From an uncultured Acidobacteriaceae bacterium (GTDB lineage: Bacteria; Acidobacteriota; Terriglobia; Terriglobales; Acidobacteriaceae), in NCBI GenBank assembly GCA_964252395.1, contig CAXUMX010000002.1:74437-138436 (forward strand): 64,000 nt of DNA, given 5' to 3'. Numbering within the stretch: position 1 is the first letter of the stretch; each line of letters opens with the position of its first letter. A program made the translations under genes and the position numbers. Positions 57,471-64,000 of this stretch are shown here, piece by piece. Below the pieces are notes generated by a model that was not told the DNA's origin, ran no database searches, and saw only the letters and a list, made by a program, of their open reading frames with translations.

Positions 57471-60400
57471 GTCCGTCTCGTATCTTCATCCTGCGGCCGG
57501 TCGCCACATCATTGTTGATGGTGGCGATTCTGCTTGCGGGCTTTGTCGCTTATCGGCAGTTGCCTGTCTCCGCGCTGCCAGAGGTGGACTACCCCATCAT
57601 CCAGGTGGTGACGTTCTACCCCGGCGCCAGTCCGGACGTGATGTCGTCCGCCGTGACCGCGCCGCTGGAGCGGCAGTTCGGCCAGATGCCCGGGCTGAAC
57701 CAGATGACCTCCTCCAGCTCGCAGGGCGGGTCGGTTATCACCTTGCAGTTCAACCTGGACGAGAACATCGATGTGGCCGAGCAGGAGGTGCAGGCTGCGA
57801 TCAACGCGGCGCAGAGCTTCCTGCCGACCGGCCTGCCCAACCCGCCGGTCTATAGCAAGGTCAATCCGGCAGACCAGCCGGTCCTGACACTGGCGCTTAC
57901 CTCCGACAACATGCCGCTGCAGCGTGTGGAGGATCTGGCCGATACCAACATGGCGCAGAAGATCTCGCAGGTCTCCGGCGTCGGCCTGGTCTCGATCGCC
58001 GGTGGGCAGAAGCCTGCAGTGCGCATCCAGGCCAACCCTGCGCAGCTGGCCTCTTATGGCATCAGCCTGGAGGATCTGCGCACGGCGGTCACCGCGGCAA
58101 ACGTCGATCAGCCCAAGGGAAACCTCAATGGTCTGCGCCAGTCCTACACCATCGGCGCCAATGACCAGCTGCTGACCTCGAGTGAGTACGACCCCATCAT
58201 CGTGGCCTACCGGAATGGCGCGCCGGTGCGGATGTCCGATGTGGCCGCCGTGGTCGACGGCTCGGAGAACATCATGCAGGCAGCGTGGATGGACCGCCAG
58301 CCTGCCGTCATCCTGAACGTGCAGCGGCAGCCGGGCGCAAACATCATCGGCGTCGTGGACCGGATCAAGCTGCTGCTGCCGCAGCTGAAGGCCAGTCTGC
58401 CTGCTGGCGTGCAGGTGCGTGTGCTGACAGATCGCACTGAAACCATCCGCTCCTCGGTAGAGGATGTGCAGTTTGAGCTGCTGCTCACCATCGCTCTGGT
58501 TGTGATGGTCATCTTCCTCTTCCTGCGCAGCCTGGCCGCCACCATCATCCCTTCGGTGGCCGTGCCGCTTTCGCTGGTCGGCACGTTCGGCATCATGTAC
58601 CTGCTGGGGTACAGCCTGAACAACCTAACGCTGATGGCTCTTACCATCTCGACCGGTTTCGTCGTGGACGATGCCATCGTAATGATCGAGAACATCTCCC
58701 GCTATATCGAGGAAGGGGAAGCGCCGCTCGCTGCCGCACTCAAGGGGTCTGAGCAGATCGGATTCACCATCGTCTCGCTCACGGTTTCGCTGATCGCGGT
58801 GCTGATCCCGCTGCTATTCATGGGCGACGTCGTCGGCCGGCTGTTCCGCGAGTTCGCCATCACGCTTGCAGTCACCATCCTTGTCTCGGCAGTCGTCTCG
58901 CTGACCCTTACGCCGATGATGTGCGCCAAGTTGCTGAAGCACAAACCCGCGCACCAGCAGAATGCGTTCTATCGTAAGTCGGAAGACTTCTTCAATTACG
59001 TGATCCGCCGTTACGGCGATGCGCTGCAGTTTGTGCTGCGGCACCGGCTGGCGACGCTGCTGGTCACCATCGGCACGTTGGTGCTGACACTTGTTCTCTA
59101 CGTGATCGTGCCGAAAGGCTTCTTCCCCGTGGAAGATACCGGCATCATCCTGGGCATCTCTGAGGCGCCGCAGACCGTCTCCTTCACCAGCATGGCGCAG
59201 CGGCAGCAGCGGCTGGCGGATGTCATCCTGCAGGACCCGGATGTCGAGAGCCTCTCTTCCTTCATTGGCGTAGACGGCACCAATACCACCATCAACAGCG
59301 GCCGCATCCAGATCAACCTGAAGCCGCTGGCCAAGCGCAGCGATCGCGCCCCGGAGATCATCCAGCGGCTGCAGTCGAAGCTGCAGAAGGTGGAAGGCAT
59401 CTCCCTGTACATGCAGCCGCTGCAGGATTTGACGGTCGCCGACGCAGTGAGCCGGACACAGTATCAGTATTCGCTTGAGAGCGCGGATCCGGTCGAGCTT
59501 ACGACTTGGACCAACCGGCTGGTCTCCGAGTTGCGCAAGCATCCGGAGATGACCGATGTCGCCAGCGATCTGCAGAGCAAGGGACTCGAGACGGACCTGG
59601 TCATAGACCGTGACACTGCCTCCCGCTTGGGCGTCACCCTCGCCACCATTGATAACGTTCTCTACGACGCCTTCGGCCAGCGCCAGGTGTCCACTATGTT
59701 CACCCAGCTGAACCAGTACCACGTAATCCTCGAAGTGGCGCCGAACTTCCAGCGAGATGCGAGCGAGCTGAGCAACATCTATGTCGCGTCCTCAACCGGC
59801 ACCGAGGTGCCGCTCAGCACCTTCGTCAAAGTGCAGCAGAACACCACCCCCCTCACCATCCCCCACCTTGGTCTGCTCCCGCCCACCACCATCTCCTTCA
59901 CCCGCGCGCCCAGCGCATCGCTGGGCGACGCTGTGAAGATCATCCGCCAGGTAGAGACGCAGGTCGGCCTTCCGCAGAGCGTGAACACCAGCTTCGAGGG
60001 CACAGCCAAGGCCTTTGAAGCCTCGCTGACCAACGAGCCTATTCTGATTCTGGCCGCGCTCATCACGGTGTACATCGTGCTCGGCGTTCTCTATGAGAGC
60101 TACATCCACCCGGTCACGATTCTCTCGACGCTGCCCTCGGCGGGCGTGGGCGCCATCCTTGCGCTGCTGCTCTTCCATCTCAATTTGAACGTCATCGGCA
60201 TTATCGGCATCATTCTGCTGATCGGTATCGTGAAGAAGAACGCGATCATGATGATCGACTTCGCACTCGAAGCAGAACGGCATCACGGCAAGAGCTCCGA
60301 AGAGGCCATCTACGAGGCCTGCCTGCTGCGTTTCCGCCCCATCATGATGACCACTATGGCCGCGCTGTTGGGTGGACTGCCTCTGGCGCTGGGACAGGGC

Positions 60401-60595
60401 ATGGGCTCAGAGCTGCGCAAGCCCCTGGGCATCACCATCGTCGGCGGACTGATCGTCTCGCAGATGCTGACGCTGTTCACCACGCCGGTGATCTACCTCT
60501 ACTTCGATCGCTTTGCGCAACGATTCTCGCGTCGCGATACCGGCTCCGACGTGCGGATGACCCACAGCGTCGAGCACACGGTCTCGGCGGACTAG
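57467..60595 (+). CDS. RND efflux permease, MdtB-like
   Basis: 1042 aa. [25 protein letters not shown] and the conserved C-terminal [17 protein letters not shown]...[11 protein letters not shown]. Confidence 0.95.
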   Translation: MSPSRIFILRPVATSLLMVAILLAGFVAYRQLPVSALPEVDYPIIQVVTFYPGASPDVMSSAVTAPLERQFGQMPGLNQMTSSSSQGGSVITLQFNLDENIDVAEQEVQAAINAAQSFLPTGLPNPPVYSKVNPADQPVLTLALTSDNMPLQRVEDLADTNMAQKISQVSGVGLVSIAGGQKPAVRIQANPAQLASYGISLEDLRTAVTAANVDQPKGNLNGLRQSYTIGANDQLLTSSEYDPIIVAYRNGAPVRMSDVAAVVDGSENIMQAAWMDRQPAVILNVQRQPGANIIGVVDRIKLLLPQLKASLPAGVQVRVLTDRTETIRSSVEDVQFELLLTIALVVMVIFLFLRSLAATIIPSVAVPLSLVGTFGIMYLLGYSLNNLTLMALTISTGFVVDDAIVMIENISRYIEEGEAPLAAALKGSEQIGFTIVSLTVSLIAVLIPLLFMGDVVGRLFREFAITLAVTILVSAVVSLTLTPMMCAKLLKHKPAHQQNAFYRKSEDFFNYVIRRYGDALQFVLRHRLATLLVTIGTLVLTLVLYVIVPKGFFPVEDTGIILGISEAPQTVSFTSMAQRQQRLADVILQDPDVESLSSFIGVDGTNTTINSGRIQINLKPLAKRSDRAPEIIQRLQSKLQKVEGISLYMQPLQDLTVADAVSRTQYQYSLESADPVELTTWTNRLVSELRKHPEMTDVASDLQSKGLETDLVIDRDTASRLGVTLATIDNVLYDAFGQRQVSTMFTQLNQYHVILEVAPNFQRDASELSNIYVASSTGTEVPLSTFVKVQQNTTPLTIPHLGLLPPTTISFTRAPSASLGDAVKIIRQVETQVGLPQSVNTSFEGTAKAFEASLTNEPILILAALITVYIVLGVLYESYIHPVTILSTLPSAGVGAILALLLFHLNLNVIGIIGIILLIGIVKKNAIMMIDFALEAERHHGKSSEEAIYEACLLRFRPIMMTTMAALLGGLPLALGQGMGSELRKPLGITIVGGLIVSQMLTLFTTPVIYLYFDRFAQRFSRRDTGSDVRMTHSVEHTVSAD

Positions 60596-60601
60596 GGCGC
60601 C

Positions 60602-63600
60602 ATGCATCTCTCTGCTCCCTTCATCCGGCGTCCGGTCGCCACCTCGCTGCTCAGCTTTGCGCTGCTGCTGGCAGGCGCCGTGGCCTATCGCCTCCTGCCG
60701 GTCGCCTCGCTGCCTGAGGTCGAGTTCCCCACGATCAACGTGCAAGGCAGCCTGCCGGGCGCGAGCCCGGAGACGGCAGCCTCCTCAATCGCGACACCAT
60801 TGGAGCGGCAGTTCGGTCGCATCGCCGGCGTGTCCCAGATGACATCCTCCAGCACTCTGGGCGGCTCGAACATCACGCTGCAGTTTGACCTGAGCAGAAA
60901 CATCGACGGTGCCGCGCGAGACGTACAGGCTGCCATCAACGCGGCGCGCGCGCAGCTGCCCGCCAACCTCCCGCAGAATCCGCACTACTTCAAAGCCAAC
61001 CCGGCCGATGCGCCCATCATGATCCTGGCCCTGACCTCGGACGTGCTGAGCCAGCCGCAGATGTACGACGCAGCCGACTCTGTGCTGCAGCAGAAGATCG
61101 CGCAGCTGCCGGGCGTGGGCGAGACCTTCGTGGGTGGCAGCGCCAGCCCCGCCGTTCGTGTCGAGGCGAACCCGCTGCAGCTCTCTTCTTACGGCATCGG
61201 TCTTGAGTCGCTACGCACCACGCTCAGCGCCGTCAACGTCAACGTGGCCAAGGGCTACTTCAAGAACGACCAGACCATCAGCGATATTCGCACCAACGAT
61301 CAGTTGTTCGAGGCGAGGAAGTACGCCAACCTGATCGTCGGCTACAACCCCACCACCGGCGCAGCGGTACGGCTGTCGGACCTTGCGACGGTGGTTGACT
61401 CCACGTCGAACCTCTACAACGCGGGACTCGCCAACGGCAAGCCGGCCGTCCTAATCATCATCTTCAAGATCGCCGGCGCGAACGTGATCGAGACGGTAGA
61501 CCGTGTGAAGGCTGCACTGCCTGCGCTCGAGGCATCGATCTCGCCGCTGATTCACACACGTGTGGTGCTGGACCGAACCCTGACCATCCGTGCGGCCGTG
61601 CACGATGTGGAGGTGACGCTGCTCATCTCCATCTGTTTGGTTATTGTGGTCGTCTTCCTCTTCCTGCGTGATGTCTGGGCCACCATCATCCCCAGCGTGG
61701 CGGTGCCGCTCTCGCTGGTGGGCACCTTCGGTGCCATGTACCTGCTGGGCTACACGCTGGACAACTTGTCGCTGATGGCGCTCACCATCTCCACCGGCTT
61801 CGTGGTGGACGACGCCATCGTGGTGCTTGAGAACATCAGCCGCTACCTCGAGCAAGGTATGTCGCCGGTCGATGCGGCCCTGCGTGGGTCCAGGGAGATT
61901 GGTTTCACCGTGCTCTCCATGAGCACGTCGCTGATTGCCGTCTTCATCCCCATTCTCCTGATGGGTGGCATCGTCGGCCGCCTCTTCCGTGAGTTCGCTG
62001 TCACGCTCTCCGTCGCCATCGCAGTCTCGCTGGTTGTGTCGCTGACTACGACACCTATGATGTGCGCGCGCTTCCTGCGTCAACACAATCCTGCCGACCG
62101 CAGCCGCCTCTACCTGCTCGGCGATCGCTTCTTCAACAGCCTGCTGGGCGGCTACGAGCGCGGACTTCGGTGGGTGTTGCGCCACCAGACGCTGGTGCTG
62201 ATGATTGCGATCGGCACGCTGGTGCTGAACATCTACCTGTTCCTGCTGGTGCCCAAGGGATTCTTCCCGCAGCAGGACACGGGCCGCATGGGCGGCGCAG
62301 CGCGCGCCTCGCAGGACATCTCGTTCGACGCCATGAAGGTGAAGCAGGCGCAGCTGGCGGCCATCGTGCAAGCGGACCCCGGCGTAGACAACGTGCTCGC
62401 CTTCGCGGGCAGCGGCGGCGGCGGTGCGACGTCAAACGTCGGTCGCATGTTCCTGTCGCTCAAGCCTCTCTCGGAGCGCAAGGTCTCCTCGGACCAGATC
62501 ATCAACCGCCTGCGTCCCAAGCTATCAAAAATCCCCGGCGTGCAGCTCTTCCTTCAATCTGCGCAGGACATCAGCGTGGGTGGCCGCGCCGCCGATGCGC
62601 AGTACCAGTACACCCTGCAGGGGGCCAACCTGGATGATCTGAATACCTGGGCGCCACGGCTGCTGGACAAGATGCGCAAGATGCCCGAATTGCGCGACGC
62701 GTCCACGGACCAGCAGGAGGCCGGACTTGAAGCGCGGCTGGTGATCGATCGTGATACTGCGGCGCGGCTGGGCATCACCGCTGCCGCAATCGACAACATC
62801 CTCTACGACGCGTTCGGCCAGCGGCAGGTCAGCACCATGTACACCACGCTCAACCAGTATTACGTGGTGATGGAAGTGGATCCGAAGTATCAACGGGATC
62901 CGGATGCGCTTAAGGGGATCTACCTGCGCTCGCCGAATGGGACGAACGTCCCGCTCTCGGCCATCTCGCACTTTGAACTGAAGCGCACCGCTCTGGCAGT
63001 CAACCACTCCGGTCAGTATCCGTCGATCACGCTTACCTTCAATCTGGCGCCTGGCGTTGCCCTGGGCACAGCGGTGAGCGCGGTAGAGAAGGCGAAGCAG
63101 CAGATGGGCATGCCCAGTTCCATCCTCGCCAACTTCTCCGGGACCGCCCAAGCCTTCCAATCCTCTCTCGCGTCAGAGCCGCTGCTGATCGCGTTTGCCC
63201 TGGGGACGGTCTACATCGTGCTCGGCATTCTGTACGAGAGCTTCGTGCACCCCATCACGATCCTCTCAACGCTGCCGTCGGCCGGAGTCGGCGCCATCCT
63301 TGCATTGTTGTTGACGCACACAGAGCTGACGGTGATCGCGCTCATCGGCATCATCCTGCTCATCGGCATCGTGAAGAAGAATGCAATCATGATGATCGAC
63401 TTCGCACTCTCCGCCGAGCGGGAAGAGGGCAAGTCGCCGGAGGAGGCCATCTATGAGGCCTGTCTGCTGCGCTTCCGGCCCATCATGATGACCACGTTCG
63501 CCGCGCTGTTGGGCGGTCTGCCGCTGGCCCTGGGCACCGGCACGGGCTCGGAGCTGCGTCGCCCGCTTGGCATCACCATCGTGGGCGGGCTGATTGTTTC

Positions 63601-63718
63601 GCAGATGCTCACATTGTTCACCACACCCGTGGTCTACCTGGTGTTTGATCGTCTCCGTCTCGCCTTCATCCCGGGTCATCGGGATCGGCTGGTAACGATC
63701 GAGCAGCACGGCGACTAG
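60602..63718 (+). CDS. RND efflux permease, MdtC-like (tandem paralogue)
   Basis: 1038 aa. [25 protein letters not shown]. The tandem arrangement with the preceding paralogue matches the MdtABC layout. Confidence 0.95.
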   Translation: MHLSAPFIRRPVATSLLSFALLLAGAVAYRLLPVASLPEVEFPTINVQGSLPGASPETAASSIATPLERQFGRIAGVSQMTSSSTLGGSNITLQFDLSRNIDGAARDVQAAINAARAQLPANLPQNPHYFKANPADAPIMILALTSDVLSQPQMYDAADSVLQQKIAQLPGVGETFVGGSASPAVRVEANPLQLSSYGIGLESLRTTLSAVNVNVAKGYFKNDQTISDIRTNDQLFEARKYANLIVGYNPTTGAAVRLSDLATVVDSTSNLYNAGLANGKPAVLIIIFKIAGANVIETVDRVKAALPALEASISPLIHTRVVLDRTLTIRAAVHDVEVTLLISICLVIVVVFLFLRDVWATIIPSVAVPLSLVGTFGAMYLLGYTLDNLSLMALTISTGFVVDDAIVVLENISRYLEQGMSPVDAALRGSREIGFTVLSMSTSLIAVFIPILLMGGIVGRLFREFAVTLSVAIAVSLVVSLTTTPMMCARFLRQHNPADRSRLYLLGDRFFNSLLGGYERGLRWVLRHQTLVLMIAIGTLVLNIYLFLLVPKGFFPQQDTGRMGGAARASQDISFDAMKVKQAQLAAIVQADPGVDNVLAFAGSGGGGATSNVGRMFLSLKPLSERKVSSDQIINRLRPKLSKIPGVQLFLQSAQDISVGGRAADAQYQYTLQGANLDDLNTWAPRLLDKMRKMPELRDASTDQQEAGLEARLVIDRDTAARLGITAAAIDNILYDAFGQRQVSTMYTTLNQYYVVMEVDPKYQRDPDALKGIYLRSPNGTNVPLSAISHFELKRTALAVNHSGQYPSITLTFNLAPGVALGTAVSAVEKAKQQMGMPSSILANFSGTAQAFQSSLASEPLLIAFALGTVYIVLGILYESFVHPITILSTLPSAGVGAILALLLTHTELTVIALIGIILLIGIVKKNAIMMIDFALSAEREEGKSPEEAIYEACLLRFRPIMMTTFAALLGGLPLALGTGTGSELRRPLGITIVGGLIVSQMLTLFTTPVVYLVFDRLRLAFIPGHRDRLVTIEQHGD

Positions 63719-63864
63719 CCTCCAGAGCGTGACGCCGTCAGTCGAATCTTCCGGGTCGCCTGACTCCTCATCCATTCCCGTACCGCTCCTGTCCCAAGTT
63801 GCCAGCGGCATGAAGGAAAAGTCGCATTGTACAAAGGATTAGCGTTTGTCTTGAATGGCTGGAT

Positions 63865-63894
63865 TTGACAAGCATCCGTACGGAGTCTTAGTTT
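63865..63894 (+). promoter_or_regulatory. Candidate sigma70-type promoter for the gene starting at 63933
   Basis: TTGACA (63865-63870), 18-nt spacer, TAGTTT (63889-63894), in a locally AT-richer stretch. Confidence 0.25.
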
Positions 63895-63932
63895 GGCCAG
63901 CGCAGTCCACTACCCCTTTGGAAGTTGGGATC

Positions 63933-64000
63933 ATGACCAATACGCATATCTCTGTTGGAAAGCTCGCCAAGCTGCTGCGAACCGCTGCGATGCTGATGCT
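63933..64000 (+). CDS. Start of an unidentified CDS (truncated by window end)
   Basis: ATG at 63933 (MTNTHISVGKLAKLLRTAAMLM...) with a G-rich stretch upstream. Only 22 codons are visible. Confidence 0.25.
   Translation, partial: MTNTHISVGKLAKLLRTAAMLM

Noticed and set aside
60150-63650. Near-identical C-terminal ~100 aa of the two tandem RND permeases ([13 protein letters not shown]...[11 protein letters not shown]...[20 protein letters not shown]), considered as evidence for recent gene conversion.
   Set aside because: This segment (TM10-12) is the most conserved part of the whole MdtB/MdtC family, and the nucleotide sequences differ at many synonymous sites. Family-level conservation explains it.

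Overview
High-GC (about 60-65 % by eye) chromosomal segment. Gene content and protein style fit an Acidobacteriota (Terriglobia-like) genome, but that is inference only. I can support about 58 protein-coding genes and one tRNA-Leu(CAG). I saw no rRNA, CRISPR array, transposase, integrase, phage gene or recognisable defence-system gene. Most of the window is housekeeping: purA, mutM, folP, PBP4, lipA, frr, mutY, trpCFBA plus chorismate mutase, panBC, tdh, bcp, osmC, an SRAP protein and Mpg. It also holds two large glycoside hydrolases (GH3, GH38), a TetR/MFS pair, and a 14-kb block of two divergently transcribed RND efflux operons (three RND permeases, two adaptors, one outer-membrane factor). 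The items I consider worth a second look are these. (1) A 697-aa radical-SAM enzyme whose layout resembles the archaeal Tes/GDGT-MAS (MJ0619-like) tail-coupling enzymes, behind a structured 298-nt leader. (2) A four-gene envelope cluster with metal-binding signatures: Cys-rich lipoprotein, putative OM barrel, periplasmic HMA protein, MerC/MerT-like membrane protein. It has no merA or merR. (3) A receiver-domain protein carrying a ~220-aa Q/G/N-rich disordered N-terminus with a 7-Arg run. (4) A single-gene low-GC insertion encoding a di-haem cytochrome c peroxidase-family protein, possibly with a leaderless transcript. (5) A 54-aa, 8-Cys micro-ORF absent from the ORF track, paired with an 80-aa ORF. 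(6) A stand-alone 79-aa HisKA/DHp-like protein. I found no convincing evidence of a complete novel multi-gene system. Every functional call rests on motif recognition by eye and needs database or structure searches.
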